This document shows positions 1 through 12,385 of a stretch of 64,000 nucleotides of DNA, in pieces. This DNA is from Malacoraja senta (Eukaryota), in contig CM075993.1 of NCBI GenBank assembly GCA_038087875.1, forward strand, positions 7,442,001 through 7,506,000, read 5' to 3'. The notes under the pieces were generated by a model. That model was not told where the DNA came from. It searched no databases and worked only from the letters and a program-made list of their open reading frames with translations. The position numbers and the translations under genes were made by a program. Position 1 is the stretch's first letter. Each line of letters starts with the position of its first letter.

Positions 1-449
1 AGATTGAGAGCAGAACTGCGAGGAGTGGAGGAGACGTGGGTCAGGGCTCCGCTCCCAACTGCTGTAGGGGGGGGGGGGGGGGGGGGCGGTGCATCACGTT
101 TCCAGAATCAGCAACATCTCGGGCGTCTCGGAGTGGAAAGCCTCATGGAAGATGCAGCGGATACAGAGAAACTGCGAGCGAGGGTTGGCGTCCTTGCAAG
201 AGGATACCAGAGCACCGAGAGGATAGGGCAAGTTTGGAGGAATGCGGGCCACATCCAGGCAGGTAGGACGAGTGTAGATGGGGCATGTTGGTCGGCGTGG
301 GCAGGTTTTGCTGATGATAGACACAAAGTGCTGGAGTAACTCAGCGGGTCCGGCAGCATCTCTGGAGAAAAAGGGTGCGTGATGTTTCGGATCGGCCCCC
401 TCTTCGGACGGAAGGGGCCCGTTTCCATGCTGTATGACTCGATGACTAA

Positions 450-640
450 AGGGTCTGTCCCGCTTGGCCGTCATTTACGCGTCACGCAGATGGCGCGCGA
501 AGATTTTGTACATCACTGCCTATGTCATCAGGCACCGTGTGTGTATCACGTGCGTGTCACGATGTGCGCGTCATGCATCGTGACGTGTAAATGATGTTGT
601 GTGAATTACGTGCAAATGACGGCCAAGTGGGACAGGCCCT
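450..640. mobile_element. PIF/Harbinger-like MITE (CG-rich subfamily)
   Basis: TIRs AGGGTCTGTCCCGCTTGGCCGTCATTT / AAATGACGGCCAAGTGGGACAGGCCCT; TAA on both sides. Confidence 0.85.
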
Positions 641-751
641 TAAGAAGCCGGGTGGGAGGAGGTGTGGTCGATGCTAGCTGTGGGAGTCGTGGGTAAATGT
701 CTGTGGATAGTCTGCCTTCTTTTATATCTGATTTCACCACAGTCCAATGTA

Positions 752-1015
752 CCAAGTCAAGTCAAGGCACTTTTATTTCTATAGCACATTTAAAAAACAA
801 CTTTCGTTGGCCAAAGTGCTTTACATTGGTGGAGGTACTAACGTTATACAACAGTGGTTCATAGATTTTAAAAACCATCACTACACGCATATAGCCCTCG
901 CTCAGAGGACGTCAACAAAGGCTTGGGAGAAGAGATGAGTTTTACGTCTCGACTTAAAGGAGTCGATGGAGGGGGCGGTTCTGATGGGAAGAGGGATGCT
1001 GTTCCACAGTCTAGG
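752..1015 (-). mobile_element. L2-like LINE 3' fragment
   Basis: Minus strand reads LWNSIPLPIRTAPSIDSFKSR.KTHLFSQAF (typical L2 ORF2 end), then a 3' UTR and a (TTGAC)n tail. Confidence 0.7.
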
Positions 1016-2053
1016 TCAACCACACTTAAAAGCTTGTGTCTCCAGGCTGGAAATGCATTTCGTTTTTAAAATATAGACATTTTTTTAAGATGGTGCAAGC
1101 GATCACATCATCATCATCATCATCAACACAGCAGGAGGGACCTGTGCACATAACGCAAACTCCCTGTGGATCAGCTCGTTGCACCACACAGGCGGCCGAG
1201 TGTGTCAGCCTCACGGTCTGTGACAAGGACGAAGCTCGCATTGCCTGCGTCTTGCCAGGGATTTTGTTGCATTCAGGACATGACACCATTGTGCTCTCGC
1301 TACTCTGGCATTCTCAACGTGTCCCGCTTCCTGACCCGCAGACAGAGAGGAAAAGTGAGGGGGGAAACGAGACGTGCAAAAACAAGTCTGTGTATGCAGC
1401 ATTCAAAATGGAGAAAACAGGCTACTCCACTGTAAAAGCCTCATCATTTTACAGCCTCTACTGTCTGTGATTCATAAATGTGCCAGAAAGATCTAAGCAC
1501 CAATAATCTGTTAAACACACATTTTAACTGGTTTCAAACATTTAAGTACCAGATCATTTCCTCGAAGACAAAAGCACCGTTATCTCGGCTAACATTCTGA
1601 ACCAGTGTCACCTGCAATTTAATAAAAGAAACTCCTGCTTTAACGCCAGCTATTTATGCTGCATAAACCCAAACACAATTAATTTTGCTGTCAGTGTCTT
1701 TTGCACGGATTTGATTGCTTCACAGATAGCTGCTTTGCAAACTTAGAAACAAATGCATCTAAATTTCAGATTGTTTAGATAGATACAGCATGGAAACCGA
1801 GCCCTTGCCGACCATCGATCACCCACTCACACAAGTTCCATGTTATCAGAGGCACTGTTTACCGTACCTTTTCTTCAGAATAATGAATGAAGCCAACATT
1901 CTGCAGTACCTTAATTCAAACAAACTATTCTGAAGCCTTGACATATCAAACTGAGATCTGACAGCACTTGGTTGCATAGAGTGGTTGTGGAGAGGATGTT
2001 TCCATTAGTGGGAGAGTCTAGAACTAGAAGGTAGACACAAAATGTTGGAGTTA

Positions 2054-2574
2054 AGGGGCTGTCCCACTGCGGCGACCTAATCCGCGTGTTTAGAAGAGTT
2101 TGCCCTCGACTCATACTCGCAGCATGGTCGACACGAGGTCCTAGGAGGTCTTTGTAACTCTCCTTCATGCTCGAGAGTAGTCCCCGCGTACTTGAGGCCT
2201 CAGCTAGGTCGCAGCGTATTTTTCAACATGTCGAAAATTGCCCGCGAGTAAAAAAAGGTCGCCATGGAAAAAAATCGATGTTTTTTTTACTCGTAGGTTT
2301 AGTCGAAGTAGGTCATAGTAGGTCGGCATGTTAGTCGTAGGTAATCGAGGGTAGTCGAAGGTAGTCGAAGGTAGTCGTAGATAGTCTTCATCATAGTCAA
2401 AGGGAGGTCGAAGGAGGTCGTCTTCACTCTCCACTATTCGGTGTCCAATTTTCCCGAAGCTAGTCGAAGCTAGTCTTCAACATAGTCGAAGGAGGTCTTC
2501 AACATGACACTTTTTCAAACTCTCCTAAACTCTTCTGAACTCGCGGATTAGGTCGCCGCAGTGGGACAGCCCCT
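2054..2574. mobile_element. PIF/Harbinger-like MITE inserted in a Penelope terminal repeat
   Basis: About 33-bp TIRs AGGGGCTGTCCCACTGCGGCGACCTAATCCGCG; TTA/TAA flanks; internal (GTAGTCGAAG)-like repeats. Confidence 0.85.
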
Positions 2575-2577
2575 TAA

Positions 2578-3250
2578 CTCAGCGGGACAGGCAGCATCTC
2601 CGGAGAGAAGGAATGGGCGACGTTTCGGGTTGAGATCTTTCTTCTAACTGATGTCAGGGGAGTGGGTGGGACAGAGATAGAATGTAGTTGGAGACAGTAA
2701 GACTGGTGGGAGAACTGCGAACGGGGAGGGGATGGAAAGAGCGGGAGAGCAAGGGTTGATTGAAGTTAGAGATGTCAATGTTCATACCGCTGGGGTGTAA
2801 GCTACTCAAGCGAAATATGAGATGCTGTTCCTCCAATTTGCGCTGGGCCCCACTCTGACAATGGAGGAGGCCCAAGACAGAAAGGTCGGATTGGGAATGG
2901 GAGGGGGAGTTAAAGTGCTGAGCAACCGGGAGATCAGGCAGGTTTAGGCGGACTGAGCGTAGGTGTTCAGTGAAACGATCGCCGAGCCTGCGCTTGGTCT
3001 CGCCCATGTACAGGAGTTGACACCTGGAACAGCAGATACAGTAGATGAGTTTGGAGGAGGTGCAAGTGAACCTCTGCCTCACCTGAAAAGACTGTCGGGG
3101 TCCTTGGATGGAGTTGGGGGGGGGGGGAGGTAAAGGGACAGGTTTTGCATCTCCTGCCGTTGCAGGGGAATGTACCTGGGGAGGGGGTGGTTTGACCAAG
3201 GAGTTGCGGAGGGAACGGTCTCTGCGGAAAGCAGAAAGGGGTGGAGAAGC
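2578..3250 (-). mobile_element. Penelope-like retroelement 3' fragment (GIY-YIG endonuclease plus terminal repeat)
   Basis: ORF 2654-3199 contains FTCTSSKLIYCICCSRCQLLYMGETKRRLGDRFTEH...VAQHFN...RKLEEQHLIFRL...GMN, a PLE GIY-YIG domain. It is followed by the abundant terminal repeat. Confidence 0.9.
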
Positions 3251-3482
3251 GAAGATGTGACCATGGCGAAAATGTTGGAGGATTATATACTGTAACTAGA
3301 AGTCATAGCCTCAGAATTAAAGGGCATTCTTTTAGGAAGGAAATTAGTAGAAATTTATTTAGTCATGGAGTGGTGAATCTGTGGAATTCTTTGCCACAGA
3401 AGGCTGTAGAGGCCCAGTCAGTGGATATTTTTATGGCAGAGAGAGATAGATTCTTGATTAGTACAGGTATCATAGGTTATGG

Positions 3483-3685
3483 TAGGGATTCCCAACCTTT
3501 TTCGTCCCGTTTGCCTCTGGCAACTTTAATCGCACATAACAACGTTATTTCACTTACTTAAGAACAACTAATGATGAACAGATACCAGAACCAAACACAG
3601 TCAGTCAATGAGAAAATATGTACAAATCCAGAATCAACAAATTCACCCCCCTGTGGGTAAATTTAACCCAGGTTGGGAACCCTTG
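3483..3685. mobile_element. hAT-type MITE inside a CR1 3' end
   Basis: TIRs TAGGGATTCCCAACC / GGTTGGGAACCCTTG; 8-bp TSD GGTTATGG / GGTTCTGG (one mismatch). Confidence 0.75.
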
Positions 3686-4615
3686 GGTTCTGGGGTGAAG
3701 GGAGGAAAATGGGGTTAGGAGGGAGAGATAGATCAGCCGTGATTGAATGGTGGCGTAATTCTACTTCCATTCCTTACGATCTTATTAGCACCAATGTACA
3801 TGAAGTGATTGGCATGGCTTACACTACCACCACCACCCCCAAAGCGCCTAATTCAAGATTTGGTAAGATGGCTGGTAACAGTGAGTGCCAACTTGTTCAA
3901 CCTCGCCGAAAATTTCTCAACATGTTGAAAATTTAGCGGCTACCAGAAAGACGCTACGACTTTTTGCGCGACTGAGGATGTCTACTCCCGGCGACCACCG
4001 GCGAACATGTGGCGACAAACTAGTCGCCTGTAGTTGCCTAAAAAAATCGCCTAAGTGGGACAGGCCCATCAGTAATTTTTAATTACTAAGTACTACCATA
4101 GGCCAAAAGCCATGGAGCATATATGGTGTGCCTTTACTTAGACATATGGCAATATCTGGTAACAGACTACTTATGGATAGGCAGAAGCCAAAGTCTTCAC
4201 TGAGGTGAATAACAACTCAAAGCCTGACCTTGCTTCCCATATGCAGAAAGATGGCAGTGAAAAAGAGTGAACCCAAGTAAGAGGCCTAATGTTGAGGCAT
4301 AGAACATGAATGACTCAATGAAAAAGGGTTGGATGGGGCTAGGTTTGTAAAAGGGCGACCAATAATGCACAACGTGAGCCACTCAAACTAAGAAACATGC
4401 ATGGCTTTTGCAAAAGGAAAATGGTAATTAAAGCTATTATTAAAGATAACACTGTAAGATGCAGTGTGCCAAAGGATTCGATGCTGTGGCCTCATGTTTT
4501 CCCGATTTATATAATGGCTTGGGCAAAATGTGCGATTGTTACATTTGTTCACGACACAAAGCTCAATACAGTGGCAAGGAAGCTACAAAGGAATGGAGAC
4601 AAAATGCTAGAGTGA

Positions 4616-4945
4616 TGGCCCTGTCCCACGGTACGAGTTCATTCCAACAGCTCTCCCGAGTTTTAAAAAAATCAAACTCGTGGTAAGCACGGAGAATGAA
4701 CGTAGCAGGTATGTTGGAGCTCGGGGACGTCTCTTAGCGGCTCGTAACGCTAACGGCAGGTACTCGGGAAGACTCGCTAACGGCAGGTCAGCACGGGAAG
4801 ACACGTGAAGATTTTTCAACATGTTGAAAAATGTCCACGAGAGCCCCGAGTACCAACGAGCGGCCATTACCGTAAATCTCCGAGTTCGAATCAGGGCAAA
4901 CTCGGGAGAGCTCTTGGAATGAACTCGTACCGTGGGACAGGGCTT
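4616..4945. mobile_element. PIF/Harbinger-like MITE (subfamily shared with 32349-32677)
   Basis: TIRs GCCCTGTCCCACGGTACGAGTTCATTCCAA; TGA/TAA flanks. Confidence 0.85.
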
Positions 4946-7531
4946 TAACTCAGCGGGCCAGGCAGCATCTCTAGAGAAATGGAATAGGTGACGTTTCAAG
5001 TCGGAACCCTTCTTCAGATCTATTCCCTTTCCCCAGAGATGCTGCCTGACCTGCTGAGCTACTCGAGATTTTTGTGTCTATCTTTAGTGTAAGCCAGCAT
5101 CTGCAGTTCATTCCTACATGAGGAAACTAGACAGGTTGGCAAGGATCTCGCAAATGGAATGTGTGTGTGTGAAAGCAGGAAATTGCCCAATTTGGCACAA
5201 ATTCTTCCAAAAGAGCATTTTACATGCACGGTGAGAGACTGCGGCCTGTGAGGTGCAGAGGGAGCTGGGTGTCCAGGAGACGATACACAAAAAAAACTAG
5301 AATGTAAATACAGCAAGAAATCCTTCTAATCCTGTGGTCTACTATAACTTTCACCAACATTATCAGCCTTTCTTTCATTACAATATAGTGCTTGACTTTA
5401 GTTACCACAACAAATCACTTTTAACTACAAAGGCTTGGATAGAGTGGATGTGGAGAGAATGTTTCCTCTCGTGGGAGAGTCTAGGACCAGAGGTTACAGC
5501 CTCAGAATTAAATGATGTTCCTTTAAGAAGGAGATGAGGAGGAGTTTCTTTAATCAGAGGGTGATGAATCTGTGGAATTCCTTGCCACAGAATGATGTGG
5601 AGCTATGGATATTTTTAATGCAGAGATAGATTCTTGATTAGTACGGGTGTCAGGGGCTACGGGGAGAAGGCAGGAGAATGGGGGTTAAGAAGGAGAGATA
5701 GTTCAGCCATGATTGAATGGCGGAGAATTACTTGAGGGGCCGAATGGCCTAATTCTGCTCCCATCATTTATGACCCTATGAGATCTGCCACCGATTTCCT
5801 GGCAACTGGTGGTTCGGCGCCTCCTTTGATCCAGATAAAATTACCAGAGCTCACATGAATTCCTCCCCCCCCCTCCGAAAATGTGGCGCCTAGGCCAAGC
5901 GAGACCGCCAATCTCGACCTCGTCGCGACTTCCACACCGAGAGGCAGGTCGAATTTGTGCCCGGGAACCGGGGCTCTGGCACTCCAGCCTGGTCGGAGCC
6001 GGCTGATCCGTTCCTACAGTCGACCTTGTGGGGTGGTATCTTGCCCCCTGCCCCATTCCCAAGGCAGTGATCTCTGTCGGTCCGGAAAAACGGATTATAC
6101 AGCATTTGCTCTTGAACCAAGGGTGACAGAAACTGTATAACAGAATCGCCGCTTCACCCATTTGGATGCTTGGATCGTGCGAGGGAAAAGTAAAAATAAT
6201 CTCATACTCTAGACAATTTTTAAAATTGATGTGCCCAATCCACGAGCATAGAATCGTGGATTTTTGCAAGCCTCTATTCTTCCTTGATCGAGACTGCCCA
6301 CGGTTACACAAAGTCTTTTGCCCAGAGTAGAGGAATCGAGGACCAGAGGACATAGGTTCAATGTGTTGGGGGGAAAATTTAATAGGAATCACTTTTTCAC
6401 ACAAAGAGTGGTGGGTGTACGGAACAAGCTGCCAGAGGAAGTAGTTGAGGCTGGGACTATCCCATCATATCCCAACAGTTAGACAGGTACATGGATATGG
6501 TGGGACTATCCCACCATATCCCAACAGTTAGACAGGTACATGGATAGGACAGGTTTGGAGGGATATGGACCAAGCGCAGGCAAGTGGGACTATTTTAGCT
6601 GGGACATTGTTGGCCGGTGTGGGCGAGTTGGGCCGACAGGCCTGTTTCCACACTGTATCACTCTATGACCTGCCGATATTACCTTAATATAACAGTGCAG
6701 ATCATTTTGATAGGGATTAACAAAAAAAGTGTTTTTATAAATATTACACCCTGCAAACAGACTGGCAGTTACAACACAGCTACACATTTGCTCAGCTGTC
6801 ACAACTAATATATTAAAATTCATGCCTTGAAGTTAGAGGAACAGGTGTTCAGGCTCAGATTTTACATATAAGTGGTGACTTAAACTCATCAGAATTGGTT
6901 TAAATTAGCAAGATAAACAACATAGCCTTCCACAGCTTCTTCAGCAATATGCTGTCATCCAGTGCCCAGGTGTTGTTTATCATTAAACTAATTCTGATAT
7001 AGTATTGAGCTTAAGTCACGACATCTATGTAAAATCTAAATTATCGATATTTGATTTAATACATAGGAACACCAGAAGGTACTGTGGCAGGGGACAGAGA
7101 TAGAATGTAGTCGGAGACAGTGAGACTGGGAGAACTGGGAAAGGGGAGAGGATGGAGAGAGAGGGAAAGCAAGGGCTATTTAAAGTTAGAGAAATCTCTG
7201 TCCCGCCCACTCCCTTGACATCAGTCTGAAGAAGGGTATCGACCCTAAAACATCACCCATTCCTTCTCTCCAGAGATGCTGCCTGTCCCGCTGAGTTACT
7301 CCAGCATTTTGTGCGTATCTTCAAGCCTGCTCCACTACTCAATATGATCATGACTAATCCTTATCTGTGGCAGTACCACTTTGTTTTGCAATTCTTTCAA
7401 AACATATCTCCCTCCCCTTTCAGAATCTCCAATGATCCAGCCTCCACAGCCTTCTGGGTAGAGAATACCAGAGATTCATCATTCTACAAGAAGAAATTCC
7501 TGAGTTTTTAAATCATACGACCATGTTTCTT

Positions 7532-8145
7532 AAGACATAGAAACATAGAAAATAGGTGCAGGAGTAGGCCATTCGGCCCTTCGATATGATCATGGCTGAT
7601 CATCCAACTCAGTATCTGTACCTGCCTTCTCTCCATACCCCCTGATCCCTTTAGCCACAAGGGCCACATCTAACTCCCTCTTAAATATAGCCAATGAACT
7701 GGCCTCAACTACCTTCTGTGGCAGAGAATTCCACAGGTTCACCACTCTCTGTGTAAAAAATGTTTTTCTCATCTCGGTCCTAAAAGACTTCCCCCTTATC
7801 CTTAAACTGTGACCCCTTGTTCTGGACTTCCCCAACATCGGGAACAATCTTCCTGCATCTAGCCTGTCCAACCCCTTAAGAATTTTGTAAGTTTCTATAA
7901 GATCCCACCTCAATCTTCTAAATTCTAGCGAGTACAAGCCGAGTCTATCCAGTCTTTCATCATATGAAAGTCCTGCCATCCCAGGAATCAGTCTGGTGAA
8001 CCTTCTCTGTACTCCTCTATGGCAAGAATGTCCTTCCTCAGATTAGGAGACAAAAATGTACCCCAAACTCCAGGTGTGGTCTCACCAAGACCCTGTACAA
8101 CTGCAGTAGAACCTTCCTGCTCCGATACTCAAATCCTTTTGCTAT
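7532..8145 (-). mobile_element. CR1 LINE, 5'-truncated
   Basis: ORF2 C-terminus GLSYDERLDRLGLYSLEFRRLR...RTRGHSLRI...VVNLWNSLP; (CTATGTTT)n tail. Confidence 0.9.
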
Positions 8146-8284
8146 ACTTTAGAGATACAGGTAATTGGCTTGGTATAAGTGTAAATTGTCCCTCGTGTGT
8201 GTCAGATAGTGTTATGTGCGGGGATCGCTGGTTGGTGCGGACTTGGTGGGCCAAAGGGCCTGTATCCCTTAACTAAAAAACTAA

Positions 8285-8784
8285 AGGGCCTGTCCCACTT
8301 GGGCGACCTAATCCGCGATTCTGGCGAGTTTGCCCTCGACTCATAATCGCAGCTTGGTCGATACGAGAGTGGTCCCGGGTACTCGAGGCCTCAGCTAGGT
8401 CGTGGCATTTTTTTCAACATGTTAAAAAAATGCCAGCGAGTAAAAAAGGTCGCCATGGAAAAAATCAATACTTTTTTTACTCGTAGGTTTAGTCGTAGTA
8501 GGTCGTAGTAGGTCGGATGTTAGTCGTAGGTAATCGAAGGTGGTCGAAGGTAGTCGTAGATAGTCTTCATCATAGTCGAAGGGAGGTTGAAGGAGGTCGT
8601 CTTCACACTCCACTATTCGGTGTCCAATTTTCCCGAAGTTAGTCGTAGCTAGTTGTAGCTAGTCGAAGCTGGTCTTCAACATATTCGAAGGAGGTCCTCT
8701 AAATAGTTGAAGGAGACCTTCGACATGTCATTTTTTCAAACTCTTCTAAACTCGCCAATTAGGTCGCCCAAGTGGACAAGCTCT
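8285..8784. mobile_element. PIF/Harbinger-like MITE (same subfamily as 2054-2574), left arm of an inverted duplication
   Basis: Starts AGGGCCTGTCCCACTTGGGCGACCTAAT; degraded right TIR; body matches 2054-2574. Confidence 0.8.
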
Positions 8785-8907
8785 TGGGTTGAACATAACC
8801 AACCTGGAGCTTCCTGAAACCAGCATGAGATTTGTTGGATATGTTGTCAATTCATGAGTCATACTAGCTCATTTGTCCTGTTTAGTTTTGTCCAATGAAA
8901 GCAAACA

Positions 8908-9369
8908 TTAGAAGAGTTTGAAAAATGACATGTTGAAGATCTCCTTCGACTATGTAGAAGACCTCCTTCGAATATGTTGAAGACCAGCTTCGACTAGCTA
9001 CAACTAGCTACGACTAACCGGGAAAATTGGACACCGAATAGTGGAGTGTGAGACGACCTCCTTCAACCTCCCTTCGACTATGATGAAGACTATCTACGAC
9101 TACCTTCGACCACCTTCGATTACCTACGACTAACATGCCGACCTACTACGACCTACTACGACTAAACCTACGAGTAAAAAAAGTATCGATTTTTTCCATG
9201 GCGACCTTTTTTTACTCGCTGGCATTTTTAACATGTTGAAAAAATGCCGCGACCTAGCTGAGGCCTCGAGTACCCGGGGACCACTCTCGTATCGACCATG
9301 CTGCGATTATGAGTCGAGGGCAAACTCGCCAGAACTCGCGGATTAGGTCGCCCAAGTGGGACAGGCCCT
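8908..9369. mobile_element. Inverted copy of the 8285-8749 MITE
   Basis: Reverse complement of 8285-8749, ending ...GTGGGACAGGCCCT. Confidence 0.8.
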
Positions 9370-9372
9370 TTA

Positions 9373-9672
9373 GTTTTTTAGTTAAGGGATACAGGCCCTT
9401 TGGTCCACCAAATCCGCACCAACCAGCGATCCCCGCACATTAACACTATCTGACACACACGAGGGACAATTTACACTTATACTAAGCCAATTTACCTGTA
9501 TACCTGTACGTCTTTGGAGTGTGGGAGGAACCGAAGATCTCGGAAAAAAACCCACGCAGTCACGGAGTGAACGTACAAACTCCATACAGACAGCACCCAT
9601 AGTCGGGATCGTGGCTCTCCGGCACTGCAAGCGCTATAAGGCAGCAATTCTACCGTTGCACCATCGTGCTGC
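9373..9672 (-). mobile_element. tRNA-derived SINE (HE1/V-SINE-like)
   Basis: tRNA-like head, central GGAGTTTGTACGTTC...GTGGGTTTT...CCTCCCACACTCCAAAGAC domain and (CTAAA)-like tail. Further copies at about 12860-13160, 14385-14670, 22717-23012, 33463-33740, 42690-42995, 45465-45756, 47087-47365, 49575-49878, 50870-51160 and 54180-54390. Confidence 0.8.
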
Positions 9673-10566
9673 GCTAATTGATATTGGAATAGAACAGATT
9701 GTTCTCTTGCATTGAATATTTGCACATTATTAATGCTTGGTGATCATGCTAACATATTAGTGAACATTGCAATTTAACATCAATAGTGCCATTATCTAAC
9801 AATTAAATGAGTGCACAGCACTTACATCCACTACAACCATCATCATGAAGGTACAGAAAGTCATAAATAGTCCTTGACAGTACCAAAATCAACTCTTCCA
9901 CCTATAGTGCGCCCACTGTGCACTGGCAACTGGCACACACAGCGCCAAAGACCCGGGTTCCATCCTGATCTCAAGAAGTGCCATCTGTGTAGGGGGTGGA
10001 TGAGAAAGTTGGGCAACAGAATTAGTATGAACGGGCGATCGATAGTCAGCGTGGACTCAGTGGGCCGGAGGGCATGTTTTCATTGGTATCTCTGCGCTAA
10101 ATTAATAAACCTCTCTACGCTAAACTATTAAACCTACCTAACACTCGCAGAAAACTGGTACCACGAGCCAGCATTGAAAGAAAATTAGGATGCAGGTTTT
10201 GCTGCTGTCAACAATTCATAAGCTGAACAGTTCGCAAGTCGGAAAATGCAGCACAAGCTGAGCTCCCAAAAGAATGGCTCAGCGACACAGCAGCCAGCAA
10301 ATCCACGCCTCCCGTCTTTCAAATGGGGTGGAAGATTGCAACCTTCACGTGGTCCGCCCTGTTTCGACTAATGCAATCAACTCGACGTGCACAAACGGAA
10401 GATCATATAGAACAAGTTGTCCAACAACTTTAGGCTGTGCACGCCACACGAAAGAAGAGTCTCCCAAATACTTGTTCGTAGCACGTGCTGCAAGTAGTGT
10501 GCTCCGGAAGCTGGGGAGGATCTGTAATGTAATCTACAAAGTCGCAGTATGATATAAGCCACCATA

Positions 10567-10753
10567 GGTAGACAAAATTGCTGGAGAAACTCAGCGGGTG
10601 TGGCAGCATCTATGGAGCGAAGGAAATAGGCAACGTTTCGGGACGAAACGTTGCCTATTTCCTTCGCTCCATAGATGCTGCCGCACCCGCTGTGTTTTCT
10701 CCAGCAATTTTGTCTACCTTCGATTCTCCAGCATCTGCAGTTCCTTCTTGAAC
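10567..10753. mobile_element. Fold-back (inverted terminal repeat) Penelope-derived mini-element
   Basis: About 74-bp inverted arms plus a one-sided tail of about 35 bp; 15-bp TSD ATATAAGCCACCATA (10552-10566 / 10754-10768). Confidence 0.8.
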
Positions 10754-11749
10754 ATATAAGCCACCATATTCTCCATTAACCCAACATGTTGCATCCATAC
10801 ATGTCACTCCTCGAACATCGGGTGAATTCCTTTCCCAGTCACCTGAAACAAAACCAGTAGTTGTTCGTGTCGAGATTTTATATCGTCAACATAAACAAAA
10901 GGCTTTTTGCCACTTTTAATCAATTAATTCACAACAGATGCTGGGTATAAGGAACAAGCTGCCAAAGGTGATGGTGGAGGCAGGTACAATTACACGCTTG
11001 GTCAGGTACTTGGAGAGGAAAGATTTAAAGGGCTACGGGCCAAATACAGGCAAATGGATTAGCGTAATGTTGCTTGGATGAATAAAGGCCATGTCCATTT
11101 TCCCGAGTTACTCACGAACTCTCCGAGTTTTCCCCTTGATTCGAACTCGGGGAATGTCGGTAGCAAGCTCGTAGGAGCCCGTAGGAGTCCGTAGATGTTT
11201 CGTAGTGGCTCGTAATGCCAGCCGAAGGAACTCGGGGCATCAGGAAGTCGGGACGTTTTTTCAACATGTTGAAAAATGTCCACGAGTTAAAAATATAGCC
11301 CGAAACCAACGAATGGCTTATAACCGTAATTCTCCGAGTTCGATAATTCTTCACTTTTAAGTTACCAAAGCAGTGGCATCATACATGAGTTTCCAATTAA
11401 GTTTCATTATATATTTGGTTGCTAATTAAAATGAGTCTTCTATCCAAATTAATGTGCCACTTAAAGAGAGGTAGCTATGCTGCAAGCTGCCACACACTTC
11501 ACTTGCATACATCTTCCCTTCTCCTCATGCTGCTGCCAAGCTTTCTGTCAGCAGCAGCAACTTGGTAATAGTGACAATAGATCCCCTCAGCAAAAATCGC
11601 TGACATGCATTGAGAATAAAGGGGGCAACAATGATCCTTGCAGTAACCACCACTAAACATGTTTACTCCCACTCTTTGCTTTTTATTAATTAAAATCTCA
11701 ATCCATGCCAGTATGTTGACCAATCATGTGGCATCTTATTGTAACCTTC

Positions 11750-12385
11750 CAGGAATCAACATGTGGTTAAGTGCACATTGTCAGATTTTAATAAAGGCCA
11801 TTTTACCCCTCTCTCCACACCCCCATTTCAGGGCACCATAATGTTTGGGACACATGGCTTCACAGGTGTTGTAATTGCTCAGGTGTGTTCAATTGCCTCC
11901 TTAATGCAGGTATATGAGAGCTCTCAGCACTAGTCTTTCTTCCAGTCTTCCATCACCTTTGGAAACTGTTATTGCTGTTTATCAACATGAGGACCAAAGT
12001 TGTGCCAATGAAAGTCAAAGAGGCCATTATGAGACTGAGAAACAAGAATAAAACTGTTAGAGACATCAGCCAAACCTTAGGCTTACTTAATCAAATGTGT
12101 GGAACATCATTAAGAAGAAAGAGAGCACTGGTGAGCTTACTATCGCAAAGGTACTGGCAGGCCAAGGAAGACCTCCACAGCTGATGACAGAAGAATTCTC
12201 TCTAAAAATAAAGAAAAATCCCCAAACACCTGTCCGACAGATCAGAACATTCTTCAGGTATGGATTTGTCAATGACCACTGTCTGCAGAAGACTTCATGA
12301 ACAGAAATACAGGGGCTACACCGCAAGATACAAACCACTAGTTAGCCGCAAAAACAAGATGGCCGGGTTACAGTTTGCCAAGAAG
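11750..12385 (+). mobile_element. Truncated Tc1-like transposon (N-terminal transposase pseudogene)
   Basis: MRTKVVPMKVKEAIMRL...TVRDISQTLGL, WNIIKKKESTG, GRP and ARYKPLVSRKNKMA.LQFAKKY pieces in shifted frames (paired-like HTH region). Confidence 0.75.

Noticed and set aside
2051..2577. TTAA-flanked Kolobok/piggyBac interpretation of the MITEs
   Set aside because: Sister copies show 3-bp TAA, TTA or TCA duplications outside a constant-length terminus, which fits PIF/Harbinger better.
6452..6546. About 46-bp tandem duplication inside a LINE tail
   Set aside because: Ordinary local slippage duplication with no functional signal.
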